From Callorhinchus milii (Eukaryota), in assembly GCF_018977255.1 (NCBI RefSeq), contig NW_024704742.1, positions 96,970,001-97,034,000 on the forward strand: 64,000 nucleotides of DNA. Reading direction: 5' to 3'. The notes under the pieces were generated by a model. That model was not told where the DNA came from. It ran no database searches and saw only the letters and a list, made by a program, of their open reading frames with translations. Numbering within the stretch: position 1 is the first letter of the stretch; each line of letters opens with the position of its first letter. Below, piece after piece: positions 38,282-51,238 of the stretch. The translations under genes and the position numbers were made by a program.

Positions 38282-40809
38282 CTAAGGAGCATAGTTAGTT
38301 TCCAAAAGATGTAAAGATAGTCCTTCAGGGTTATGTCAGATGAATGGAATTTGCTTTTCAAATTAGGGAGAGTCTGTTAGTGCATTTTCTGCATGAAGTA
38401 AAGCATGAAAAAATAATGTTGCATTTCTGTAAGGAAGTAAAGAGAAATTTTCAATCGGAACCTGGTCAATTGTTTATTACTGCTGTCACCATCAGAAGCT
38501 TTGCCTTCAGCAAATGGAGTGAGAGGTAAATGAGACAGTGCTGCTGGTACCTGAGCATGAACAACCTTGAGCCTTCAAGACAACCTTAGAGTCTTATTTA
38601 GAAGTTAGATCAGAAAACATTGGATGAAGGGAGGGATGGACAGACAATTAGGAAGTATATTTTACAGTTTATGAATAAAAAGGCAAGAAAAATTATACTA
38701 AAAAATCTGTCAATCTATTAAATTTGTGGGACAAACTGAATGACTTGCTGTTCCTATGGTAGCTCCACTGTAATGTGAATGAAAAAAGGGTTGGAAATGG
38801 TGCAACAGAGTGGCAACTTGCCAATTAGTGAACCTGTGAAAGTTATTTTGCAAGAAGGGGTGGGCAAATAGAGAGACTATTGTTTCCATTGTAAGGAAGT
38901 GTGTTGTACTTGATATATTAGAAAAAAGCAGCATATTTGCAGAGTGGCAATGTTAGGCTTATTTTTAAAAGAATATAGATGTTTGAAAAGCACAAAGAAT
39001 TGTGTACTCAAGGTGAAAGCAGGTTGGCCTTCTAAATTGTTGAAGTGCCAGCATTCTTTCTTTCGTGAAACTGGTTTGGCTTCTTAATGCGTGAACAACA
39101 TGAGAGCCAAACCTATGCCCAAAAGTCCATAGTGCCACATATCACATTACAGTGTCATTAGCTTCCATTTCCATAAACCAAATTATTTGAATATAATATC
39201 TCCATCTTAGCTACAAGGAACAATGACTTTATGATATTCTGCCAGCCTTGCTCTTCTCATTGTCAATGTGCACAGGTGCTGAAAGCAAATTAATTTCCTT
39301 TAAAAATCCATTGAGTTTCCTCATCAGCTACACAATGGACATCTGCCTTCAATGTGGTGAGATGACCTTTACAGTATAGAGGACGATAAGTCAAAAACCT
39401 TAATGTTCTGGACGTCCAAGTCCAATGCCACTTACCAGGATTACTTAAAACACTAACTGCTTAATCCAGGTCTTCAAACCGGGGGTGGTGGGGGAGGTGC
39501 TTTAGCAAATAGACTTGCCTGTCATGACTCCCAGTTGCAGGGTCCTCAGCAATAGGTAAGTGTAGCCTGGAGCTCTCTATTCCTGTAGCCACTTTGCCTG
39601 TTCACCACAAAACCACCTCGCTGCTTCGTCCTGGACTTCAACAAGTGGCCCAAAGGAAAATCTCTTTGCTGCATACCCAAGAGCTCAGAAGCACGAAAGA
39701 GAATTGTTTGGGCATGATTCTTCTATGCCAGAAGCTTAGCCTGCACTGGAACCTTGCTGTCCTTGAACAAAGGTGAAAATCACCAGAGTGCTCTTCACCC
39801 CTTCCTAGGATAGTGTCCCAGCAAAAGTTGGATGTCCACCACAATCGCCAGCTACTGATAAGAATTAACAATTGGGACTGATGCTTTTATATCTTCCAAT
39901 CAATAACTTCAAGGTGCCCTCTCTAGCCATGTAGAGCCATAAGATCCCACTTGGGAGCAGCCACAATAATGTTCCACTGAGTGGCCCAGTAATATTCAGG
40001 ATGTTGAGTACAGTACATGAGATCCCCAGGTGAGTCTACCAGCAGCACAATGTCACCTGCAAACAAGAGTGTCAAATCTGTGCATCCCCGTGAATGCCAT
40101 CCAACACATTGATAAGTACATTGAATAAAGTGGGTGACAGCAGACAGCCTGGTCTTAACCCCCTTTTCAAGATGGGTAGGCTGGGTGATTCTACCATCAA
40201 GCCTTACACATATCTCAAAGCTCCAATATACATACGTATTGCCACAGATTAATGCATGTGGTACTTGCTCATTATCTGGAAAACGTAAAATGTGTTATTT
40301 ATTCCACATCCATGAGATAATGACCTGACTGGGTTAAAAATAAAACAGCCAGCTCTGTGCTTGCTTTTTCTATCAATGAGTGCTTGCTGTAACTATGGCA
40401 ACTGCTTTGCTGTAACCATCTCAAAGCTTCAGCTGCACTTGCAAAGCAAATGGGGTTGAAATACCTCTTAAGGCTAAGTGCACCTATTTCCCCACTATAA
40501 GCACATATTGTGAAAGTGGCTACTCCTAGCTGCAGGAGGATATCTTGCCCATAGTAAATCATTATTATTACCACACGGCTTGTTCACACAATTCTATGCA
40601 AACACCAGCCAACGTGCACCAGGAACAGACAAACCTTTTCAAGAACTGTCAATCTGTATTTGTACATACCTGCGCATTGCATAATTTTTATTTTTAATAA
40701 TAAAAGAAATCAAGACAAAAGGTAGAGTCCACTAATAAGCAGTCAAAATTGTGATCAATATTAACCGGGAGACAAAAATCAATTGGTGTGTTACCAACAA
40801 TGAATGATG

Positions 40810-41224
40810 AGCTTGCTCAGTTTGTAGCACTCTTGCCTCTGAGTCAGAAAGTTGTTGGTTCAAGCCCAAAGTTGGGACTTTGAACTCAAGGTCGAGGCTG
40901 ACATTCGAATAATGCTACGGGAGCTCTGCATTGTTGGATGTGCCCTCCTTCAAATGAGGCATGAAGCTAAGGTCCTGTCTGCCTGATCCCATGGAACTAT
41001 TCCAAATGACAAGGGAGTTTGCCCCAATGTCTGGACAATGATCCCCTAGCTAAAAATGATCCCTTCCTAGTTGTTTGTGGGCCATTGTGTGTGGAAATTG
41101 GTTGCCATGTTTGCTTACAAAATACACACAGTGATGAAACTGTACAGTAAATTCTGTGAAGCTTTTAAGGTATCCTTCTGTCATAAAAGGAATTGGATCA
41201 AATGCAAGGATTATTATTTATTAT
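40810..41224 (+). mobile_element. Deu-domain SINE (SacSINE1/AmnSINE1-like), near full length
   Basis: gctcagtttgtagcactcttgcctctgagtcagaaagttgttggttcaagccc...gatcccatggaactattc...caaatgcaaggattattatt. Confidence 0.82.
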
Positions 41225-41317
41225 AGATGTTGGAATTAAGAATGGATGAGGGATCTGTCTCTGGAATATTTGGGTAATTCATTCTTGTTCTATACTTGAG
41301 AGAAGTTTCTAAACTTA

Positions 41318-42550
41318 ACGAAACTCCGCTCCTTTCTCTCTCGCCATTCCCTCTTTGAACCCCTCCAATCCGGTTTCCGCGCTGCCCACAGCATGGAAAC
41401 AGCCCTGGTCAAAGTCACTAATGACATTCTGAACATCTGTGATCAGGGCTCCCTCTGCCTCCTTGTCCTGCCTTCGACACTGTCGACCACTCCATCTTCA
41501 TACATCGCCTCTCCGCTTTATTCAATCTTCACCGACCTGCCCTTGCCTGGTTCGATTCCTCTCTCTCTCACCGTCTCCACTTCGTTGCCTCTAACGGTTT
41601 CTCCTCCAGCCCTCGCACTGTCATATCTGGTGTCACCCAGGGCTCTGTCCTTGGCCCTCTCCTCTTTAATATCTACATGCTCCCCCTTGGTGACATCATC
41701 CACAGACAAACTCCATATGTATGCGGATGACACCCAACTCTATCTTTCTGCCTCCACCCTCAACTCCAGGACCACTGCTGTCCTGACAGACTGCCTGTCG
41801 GACATCAAGTCCTGGATGAGGGCAAATTTCCTACAGTTGAATGTGAACAAGACTGAGGCCCTCCTGATTGACTCGCGCCAGCGCCTCAGCACCTCAGGCT
41901 CTGGCAACATCAACCTCCATGGCTGCACACTACAACTCACCAGCCAGTCAGGAACCTCAGTGTCTTGTTCGATCCTCAACTATCTTTTCTCCCCCACATC
42001 CAAGACATGACCTGCTCTGCCTTCCCTCACCTCTGTAACATCGCCCGACTCCGCCACTGCCTCACCCTTCAGGCCACTGAAACTCGTGTTCAGGCCTTCA
42101 TCACCTCCAGGCTCGACTATGCAAACGTCCTGCTTGTCGGCCTTCCCAACTCCTCCCTCCACAGGCTGCAGATAATCCAGAACTCTGCAACCCATGTCCT
42201 CTCCCACACCAAACTCCGTGACCCCATCTCCCCCACTCTCGCCCGACTCCACTGGCTCCCTACCCTTCAGAGGATCCAGTTCAAGATCCTGGTCCTCACA
42301 TACAAAGCCATACATGGCCTCGCCCCACCCTACCTCTGTGACCTCCTAACCCCCTACCAACCCGCCTGTTCCCTCCGCTCAGCCGGCTCCGGCCTGCTCC
42401 ATGTCCCCCAATCCATCCGCCCCACCATTGGCGGGAGAGCCTTCAGCCACTCTGCCCCCAACCTCTTGAATTCCTGACCCAACTGTACAGCGCCTTGGGA
42501 CATCCTCCCGACGTGAAAGGCGCTCTATAAATGGAATCTTGTTGTTGTTG
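41318..42550 (+). mobile_element. L2-clade LINE RT fragment
   Basis: QSGFRAAHSMETALVKVTND, YADD at 41720-41731, LARLHWLP; tail atcttgttgttgttg. Contains frameshifts. Confidence 0.96.
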
Positions 42551-45500
42551 ATACGAAGAATTAATAATCAAAAATATTTAGTCTTCCCGAATTAATACAT
42601 TTTTCATAAACAATGTTTGAGTAGAAACTTGACCAATCATTAATATTCTGGACTATTTCTACTCTGGAATAATTCAAAATTATTCAGATTTACATTGAAA
42701 TCACGATGCGTATATATTTATATGCTGCTGCTTTACATTTATTTGCACCAAATACAACTTCCCTTTAAAAATAACACAATATGAAGGTTTGTGGATATCA
42801 AAGATTTACATCTCTGAGTAGAATGGGTTTGAGTATCAAACATTAAATGATTTATGGGAGTCTGGAGTGTCAGATCTAGCAGCTATTTCCTCAATATTTT
42901 CAAATGTTCATATTATAACCACACTTTCACAAATTGTCAACAAAAATACTCAGGCTTTGAAAGTATTACTATTACTGAATGCAATTCAAGAAATGTAGAA
43001 TTAATTCCTCACAGTTGATAATTTTTTTTAAAGAAAACTTTATCTTGAACTGTATTTTCTTTTTGATGCAAAAATACTTTTGCCAAAAGGAAGAGCAGAG
43101 AATTACCAGAAATCATGACAGCCATCTGTGGTGTCATATACTTATTTTAACCTACAACATTATACATGTGTTCTTTGCATATACTTTATTATAGAAACAT
43201 TGTTAATAAGAAACCTCCAAATGACATTAAATACTTAAAAGACAATGTTTTTAAACTTTCCTTTTCAATAAAGCCTATTTATTTCGTTGGAAATAAATAA
43301 ATTCTCTCAGTTAATAATTGTCCATTCCAGTGCTGATTTAACAGACTGGATTTGGATAGGACAATCTGGAACCCAGTAGCATGAATTAATATGTTTTGTT
43401 GCCTGGGTTTTTAAGATTGTGAAATTAAATGAAGTTTTAGAACTGAAGAAGTTTCATACTTTTGCCTAACTTTCTTTATTATGCCTTTTTATTGTAGCAA
43501 TCAAATGAAGAGCTGCTTAAGGCGAGTATTCTGTCTTTGTGCACTAAATTGCTACTTTAGAGTACTAGAGATTGGATGTTAACTTGTGAAAGCCATGTCC
43601 ATAGGCCACATTAACTGTTTGGGCAATGTTTATACCAAACAGTTCCATTGAATATAGCCATTTTTTTGCTCAGTAGTTGTGATCCCACCAATTTTTTACT
43701 GTGAACTTGACAAATATGGTTTCTTACATTTAAAACAGTGAGAATATGTAACAGTATATTTTTCTAGAATCAAGCTTTGCCAGCAATTCACTTATAAGTA
43801 AAAATGTTAGTGATGTGCTGAGCAAAAATGAAAACATGACTCATTTACCTTTTTAAGATAGAGATGAAGAACAACTAAATCCTTTGTGATTTCAGCACAG
43901 AAGAATCATTGCATATACGTATCTATCATTTAATTGATGTGATTGCAAAAAAACTGTTTCCTATGACAATATTTAAAGTTAGGTGATTATTCAAGTTCAG
44001 TGAGTTGCGTCTTAAGTTTCAATAAAACTAAATTCAAATCCAAGGATTCTGCCTGATCTTAAATTTTAAAGAAAAAAATGGTCTTATAGGCTCAAGCTAA
44101 GTCAATTTTGGACCTTGGATATGAATCAATAACATCTGCTTGAGTCTGTAATAAACAATCTGGCTGAAAAGTTTTTCTTTTCTCATTTCTCAACATTTTT
44201 CACTCTCATTGGTGAATGTTGATATAATAGTCCTCTTATCCTAACCAGAAATCCTGTGTATGCCCTCCATTCTCTTGGAGGCTTTTATGATCAAGGTTAG
44301 ATCCAGAGGTGGGTGATGGATAGATAGTTCACAGTGGAACAAAGAGACCCTGCAAAGTGCAGTCCACCAGTCTTTTCCATACAATGGGTGTTAAGATTGG
44401 TGCCTATACAACAACTGAAACAAATGAATTAAAGAGGGGTCCGTTTGTGCCAAGGACTGTAATAGGGACGCATCTGAGACCTAAACTGCTAAAACGAATA
44501 ACATTCTGAACACTGTTTACATGGAGCTGAAATGGTCTCCAGTTGGATGAGCTAATAACATATCAGGAACCTCTGAAAGTGGTTTGATATTTCATGATCT
44601 GCCTGTGAGCCTCCAGGAAGGATTTTGGAAAATGATCAGTGGACATATACTGCACTCGCCCACACGAGAGAGAAAGAGAGACTAAAGAGAAAGATGAACT
44701 GGTTGCATAAGATATATTCACCTCCCCATTGCAATACAAGCAAGAAAAGGAAGCAAAGGAATGCGCTCAGCACGGAGTCAATGTTACAACAACAACAACA
44801 ACAAAATTACATTTGTATAGAGCCTTTCATGTTGGGAGGATGTCCCAAGGAAGTGGACAATCAGTATTTTGGACCTAATCTGGGGGGTCGGGATCGGGGA
44901 GGATGAAGCAGGCATTTTAATCGTTACTTACCAGATTATGATTTTTTTTTAAATTCCATTCATTAAACTGAAATGATCTGTATGTTATGAAGCTGGGCTC
45001 CATTTTTTAAAAACCCCTTTCAGTTATTGTAGTAAAAACAATGTTTTTTTAAAAAAAGTTACAATTATTCTGACATTGATTGGACCTCAGAAATGAATGA
45101 CTTCAAGAATGGGTGGTAATGATCTTCACTGCTATTGCAATCTTGTTACTTCTTTCTGGAGGAAATAGGAGAAAGTTCACAAAGTAGTGTTCACTTCCAT
45201 TCAAATAACACTGGAAAAGGTTCTCTCACAGATGTCACAAGGCTGGTTGGTCACTCATGCTGGAAAAGGGCTGAGTAAATGTTCACCAGCAATTTGCTGC
45301 AGAATATTTCCAGGAGGCCTCTTTTTGTAATGTGGCTTGGTATTATTATGTATTGCTGAATATGTAACTGTAGCACTCCAAACCCTTATCCCTGATCAGG
45401 AAGAACAGGGAAGAAAATCCTCGCTATCCCAACAGGACAGTGACAGGAGACTAGCCTGAAATGGTAACAGAATACTGTATTGATGCATCATTTTTCACAG

Positions 45501-45619
45501 TGTTAAAAGGGCAACAAATCACATAAGAGCTGTCATGAAAATACTGTATAAGTACTCCCCCTACAAATACAGGTTTGGTGTGGTCAGCGCCTCCTGGTGG
45601 CTAATAATTTGTCCAGCTT

Positions 45620-45800
45620 TATAATAATAATCCTTGCATTTGATATAGCGCCTTATCACGTCTTCTAGATGTCTCAAAGCGCTTCACCGAATATACTGTA
45701 AAGTGTAGTGACCGTGTGTATTGTGGACGAAACGCGGCAGCCGATTGTCCACAGCATTGTCTCACAAACAGTCGTGGATTGAGTAACCAAATTATTATTA
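45620..45800 (-). mobile_element. tRNA-Ala-type SINE 3' half
   Basis: ataataataatccttgcatttgatatagcgccttatcacgtc... is the reverse complement of the SINE tail. Confidence 0.88.
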
Positions 45801-47301
45801 CTAATATTATTTTGCATTGTTTAAAGAGATTATTATCCGAATTTACCTCTGAGCTGGGAATGTATCTGTACAATAATAATAATCGTATGATGATAATAAT
45901 GATAATAATCATTTTCTGTGTAATATTTGAAATGTATGAATAAAGTATAATGGGAGGTGGACATGGATTGCTGAAATAAACAGTAAATCAACCTTACAGT
46001 AACAGAATACTTTATTGATGTTTTATTTTACCTGGAGCCCTCGGATACATCCAGTGAGCCCTGGCTGCAATGAATTGGCTACGGATCAAAAGGGAGCAAG
46101 AACTGAGAACCACATTATTGTTGGATTCCGTGCATTTAGATGGAGTCTAAATAAGTAAGTATAGATTAAGTGTAGAATACTGTTATGCACTACCACTCAG
46201 TACAGTAATCTGTCTTGAGAGAAAAGGAGGGAGGTACCCATTAGCAATGATTTTGAGCTGTCTGAATGTGATCGCAGCGACCTGTGGGTGAGGGAGGGAG
46301 GTAATGCCATTGAACTGTTGCTGTGAGTAATACTTGCTTTAAACACAACCCTAACAATCCGAAAGATAATTATAATCTGGAAAGCAAAGAGCGCTTCTTG
46401 ACGCAGCACGTTCAGACATGAGGAAGGGAGCACGTTGTATCCAACATTTAGTAGTGGGAAATCGCAAGATTGGGATAAAGGCTGGAGTACAAGTGTAATC
46501 ATAATAATAATAATCCTTGCATTTGATATAGCGCTTTTCACGTCGGAAGGACGTAATCATATTATCATGTTATCATGGACGTAATCATGTTTAATCATAT
46601 TAAACATTGAGAGATGTCCGTATATGCTGCCCTAATAATGGTCGAGTAACACAAACCACAGGTCACAGGTTCGATCCCTGGTCCCTCCTGAGTCAGATGA
46701 GCTCAGGGGCAGCAGTTACAACCCAAGTCTCTGCATAATTATAATTATACAACTGCTGCAAAATGCACATTCCTAAACATCTCCCTCTCTCAGACAGTTT
46801 TGCCTGCACAGTATTTGGGTTCAGTCCTGGCCAAGTACCAGAAGGGACCTGAAACCCTGCAAGTCAACGCCTTCATTAGAGAAGTACTGGAGAAGAAAAG
46901 GGGTGGAAATAAAAGAGAGTCGACCTGATGGCAGAGCAGAGTAGGGCAACGAAGGTTAAAATCACTCACGCCAGAGCAGACCGTTTCAAAAATATTTTTT
47001 TTGGTGGGGCAACTGATAGTAAGTAGCGAAATAAAATAAAATGGAATAAAATAAAATGAAATGAAAGGAGGAAAGAAAAAGAAAAAGCACTAGAAAGAAA
47101 CACTGGAAAGTTTTAACCTCAAAAGATGTAGTCAGAAGACACAAAAATCACACCAGCTTTGTCGGGGTGGGTGGTATTTGCATCAAGTATTTGCAAACTT
47201 TTTAAGGATTGGCCAAGCTTTCCCTGGGCTTTTTATTATTATTATTATTATTTTTGTGTCCCGACGCCTCTCTTTTATTTCTTTAGAGTTAATAACTTTG
47301 C

Positions 47302-47640
47302 AGAGTCCTGTGGCGTTGTAGAGTCCTGTAGCTCAGTGATTAGAGCACTCGCTTTGCAAGCGAGAGACCTGAGTTCAATTCCAGGCAGCGCGAAACCTTG
47401 GGCAAGTTTCCTTACTCCACACAGAGCCTAATAATAATCCCTCCAAAAACCCAAAAACAATAATAAATTGGTCATTTTCAATCTACGACTGTTTGTGGGA
47501 CATTGCTGTGTGCAATTGGCTGCCGCGTTCGCCCACAAATGTATAGTCAATTCACTTTAGTGTGTTCTGTGAAGCGCTTTGGGACGTCCTCCCGACGTGA
47601 AAAGCGCTATATCAAATGCAAGGATTATAGGATTATTATT
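47302..47640 (+). mobile_element. tRNA-Ala-derived SINE
   Basis: tagctcagtgattagagca ctcgc-tt-TGC-aa-gcgag agacctgagttcaattcc: intact anticodon arm (TGC) followed by SINE body and tail. Confidence 0.9.
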
Positions 47641-48024
47641 CTGGATGTCCTGCGAGACGACTCCCAGACTCATTTATTTCCTCCTCCCCCCACCTCTTCG
47701 TGTTTGTATTGGGTTGAAGTTAATGAACTCCTCTCCTCCCCCTCTTTTGTGTGTGTGTGTGTGTGTGTGTGACAACACCCTCCCACTCTGGAGTTCAGAG
47801 ATCTACTCTCTCTCTCTCTGTCTCTCTTGAGCAGTATCTCATAGTATTGCCCTCTCACTGGGCTCCATCCACTGAGACGGGAGTGTCGGTAACTTTGTTT
47901 TGTTGTGTTGGGAGAGAGGAGGGGACAGGAAAGAAGTGAGTGGCTTCTCTTTTGAGAGTACAGAGAGCAGAGTCCAGTCAAGGCTCTCATGTGGTGACTG
48001 TGTTTGTGTTGAGGAGAGGCCCCT

Positions 48025-48033
48025 TGAGTGTGA

Positions 48034-48071
<38 letters not shown>

Positions 48072-48486
48072 GTGAGAGAGTGAGTGAGTGTGAGAGTGTG
48101 TGTGTGTGAGAGAGTGAGTGAGTGTGAGAGTGTGTGAGTGAGTGAGTAACTGAGAGAGAGTGAGTGTGTGAGAGTGTGAGTGTGTAAGAGTGAGTAACTG
48201 GGTGTGAGTGAGTGAGTGAGTGTGTGAGAGAGTGAGTGAGTGTGATTGAGTGAGAGAGAGTGAGTGTGTGAGAGAGTGAGTGTGAGTGAGTGAGTGTGTG
48301 AGTGAGTGAGTGTGTGAGAGAGTGAGTGTGAGAGTGTGTGTGAGTGAGAGAGTGAGTGTGAGAGAGTGAGTGTGAGAGAGTGAGTGTGTGAGAGAGTGAG
48401 TGTGAGAGTGTGTGTGAGTGAGTGAGTGAGTGAGAGAGTGAGTGTGAGAGAGTGAGTGAGTGAGTGAGAGAGTGAGTGAGTGAGTG
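48025..48486. repeat. Compound (GT)/(GA)/(GAGT)n microsatellite upstream of GNA14
   Basis: Direct reading, ~460 bp. Confidence 0.97.
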
Positions 48487-48705
48487 GCTGTTGGGCTCTG
48501 GTTGTCGGGAGCTCAGAGCAGTTGAGAAGAAAGGGGGAGAAGCAGCTGAAGTCCTCTCTCTCTCTCTCTCTCTCCCTCTGTGTGTGTGTGTGAGTGTGTG
48601 TGTGTCCCTCTCTCCCTCCTTACCTCACCAGCTCAGCTCAGCTCAGCTCAGGGCGGGCGGGGGCCGGGGTCGGGGTGTGGGGGTCGGGGTGTGGGGGCTG
48701 TGATC

Positions 48706-48826
48706 ATGGCGGGGTGTTGCATGTCCGAAGAAAACAAGGAAGCTCAGCGGATAAACGCCGAGATCGAGAGGCAGCTCCGCAGGGACAAGAGGGACGCTCG
48801 GCGGGAGCTGAAGCTGTTGCTGTTGG
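48706..48826 (+). CDS. GNA14: G protein alpha-14, coding exon 1 (121 bp, phase-1 donor); exon 2 not found in window
   Basis: [40 protein letters not shown](G). The MAGCC N-terminus is GNA14-type. Kozak context atcATGG, donor G|gtgagt. Lies directly downstream of GNAQ as in the known tandem pair. Confidence 0.93.
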
Positions 48827-48948
48827 GTGAGTGAGTGAGTGAGTGACTTAGTGACTTAGTAACTGCATTCAAGTCCAGGTCAATGCAAAACGCTATATCA
48901 AATGCAAGGATTATTATTAATGCAATGCACTCCCCCACTCCCACCCCA

Positions 48949-49026
48949 CTTTCCTTCCTTCCTTCCTTCCTTTCTTCCCTTCCTTCCCTTCCCTCCTTCC
49001 CTTCCTTCCCTCCTTCCTCCTCTTCC
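48949..49026. repeat. (TTCC)n-type pure pyrimidine tract
   Basis: Direct reading. Confidence 0.92.
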
Positions 49027-49873
49027 AACACCCGGGGAAATAACGGGGAGCCGGTCAGTGCCATCGAAGCTGCCCGACGCAAACCGCAGGGAAAACCCAC
49101 CGGGTGACCCGCGGCAGCGAGTGTGTCCTCTGGGGAGGGAGGGAGTGTGTGTGTGTGTGTGTGGGTGGTGGGGGGTGTGGGGTCTCTGAGCTACTTTGTG
49201 GCGCAAAATTGCTACTTTGTCCCATTTGCATTCGCTCCCTCTCCCCGTGTATCCCCGACTGCATCCATGTCCATCCCCCCTTTTTCGTGCCTGCAACTTT
49301 ACCCGCTTTGTTTTTTTGTCTATTGATATTATTATTATTATTTAAAAGAAAGAAATCCGCTTCGACTTCATTTCCCCCCCCCACCCCATCCCTTCAACGT
49401 AGAGAAAAAAATGTGTATATGTATGTGTGTGTGTGTGTGGGGGGGGGGGGGAGGAAGGAAGAGAGAGAAAGTAGAAGATTTCTTCCACCAAAGTTGTTCA
49501 AAGTAAATGCTTCTTCAAATCAGGTTGTTGTGTATGGTCAAGTATTGTGTGGCTGTGTGTGTTTTTGTGAGCTGTAGTTGTTAGTGACTTCCAAGTGGTT
49601 AAAGTCAGTGGCTGTGCAGCTGTTGCTGTTGTACTAACAGGCGGTGTTGGTGTGGGTGTGGGTTGGGGTTGGGTTGGGGGTTTGGCTGGGGCTCAGGGGC
49701 TCGGGGGCTGGTGCTGACGGCCTGTTCTCTCCTCCTGTAACCTGAGCCTCAGGTGGAAGGAGAAAGCCGGGAGGGAAGGAGGGGGGGCGAGCAGCAGGTC
49801 CAGAGCCCAGCGGGGTTTCTTGTGGTAAAGTGCGAGAACTCAGGTTAACTGTTTGCCCCCAAGCAGCCAGCCA

Positions 49874-50205
49874 GCACTCACCCACCCACTCACTCACCCA
49901 CCCATTCACTCACCCACCCACCCATCCACTCACTCACTCACCCACCCACTCACTCACCCACCCATCCACTCACTCACTCACCCATCCACTCACTCACCCA
50001 CTCACTCACCCACCCACCCATCCACTCACTCACTCACTCACCCATCCACTCACTCACCCACCCACTCACTCACCCACTCACTCACCCACCCACCCATCCA
50101 CTCACTCACTCACCCATCCACTCACTCACTCACTCATTCACCCACCCACCCACCCATCCACTCACTCACTCACCCATCCACCCACTCACTCACCCACTCA
50201 CCCAC
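49874..50205. repeat. Compound (CACT)/(CACC)/(CATC)n tetranucleotide repeat in GNA14 intron 1
   Basis: Direct reading; explains the HPLTHS-type ORFs. Confidence 0.97.
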
Positions 50206-51069
50206 CGACACAATAAATGCAACTTTTTCTCATTTCATTGATTTCTGTCCAGTATTAGCCTATTTCCTGTTTGATGTTTTAGGGACTTTTTCATTCTGAT
50301 CTTACCCCCCCCCCCCCCACACACACACACACACACAAACCCCCTTTTAGTGTCACCATTTATCTACTTCACTGACCCTCCAAAAACAGAATCGTTTATA
50401 TGACATTAAACATTTCTTTTTAACCTTTAATTTACAGAGCAGTTCCCATCCCCCCTCTCCTCCCCCCTCCAGGGTTTGACTAACTGGACAAGTGGGCTGG
50501 GTGTGGCAGTGAAGTAGCCAGGAACAGAATGGTTTCCTTGATTCTTTATCTAATGTTAAGCATTTTTTTTCTCTCTCAAATTTGGTTTCACTTTTCCATT
50601 GCAGGCCTTTTTGAAGTAGGTTCTTCCGTTTTCAAATCATTGCTGTTCCCCATTCCTGTTAGTTGACAGAAGTTTTGTTATCCTTTCAATTAAAAGGATC
50701 TCTCTCCAGTGACTTGTCATTCCCCTCCCTGTCTAAAGTTTGTCTTGAATGTCTTCAGTAAGCTTTTTCTCATACTCTGGATGGCTGGAAATACAGTGTT
50801 TAGGGAAGACAGTGTTTCGCCCACAAAATATAGTCAAATCATTTGACAGTATATTCTGAGACTTTTCAACGATGTGATGAGGCACTATTAAATGCAAGGA
50901 TTATTATTTTATTACTTATTTTGCTTCAGATATTCAACCACTTTATAGACCAAGAGAAGTCCATTAATACAGTAACAGTTATGCTCATTAGTCTTTTTAT
51001 AGGAGTTGAATGAGTGAGATCCTGTTGGTACATTCTTAATTTTCTAATTTCTTTCTCCGTGATCCCAGA

Positions 51070-51238
51070 ATAATAATAATAATCCTTGCATTTGATTTGT
51101 GCCTTACCACATCTTCGAGACGTCTCAAAGCACTTCACAGAATTCAATGTAAAGTGAATTAATTGACTGTATATTTTGGAGAAATGGGGCAGCCATTTGT
51201 GGGACACAGCAGTGTCCCACAAACAGTCATGGATTCAA
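51070..51238 (-). mobile_element. SINE 3' half
   Basis: Reverse complement of the SINE tail with (aat)n. Confidence 0.85.

Larger units (their letters stand above)
48490..49300 (+). promoter_or_regulatory. CpG-rich promoter / 5'UTR / first-exon island of GNA14
   Basis: Local surge of CpG and GC content in otherwise CpG-poor DNA, with GC boxes (gggcgggcggggg) at ~48651. Confidence 0.7.

Noticed and set aside
41393..42477. Functional reverse transcriptase gene
   Set aside because: It is a 5'-truncated, multiply frameshifted L2 fragment.
47320..47395. tRNA-Ala(TGC) gene (similar heads at ~6890-6961, 7572, 54960)
   Set aside because: The acceptor stem is imperfect and each head runs into a common SINE body and tail, so these are SINE heads.
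49830..50299. His/Pro/Thr-rich ORFs of 128 and 148 aa
   Set aside because: They are translations of a tetranucleotide microsatellite.
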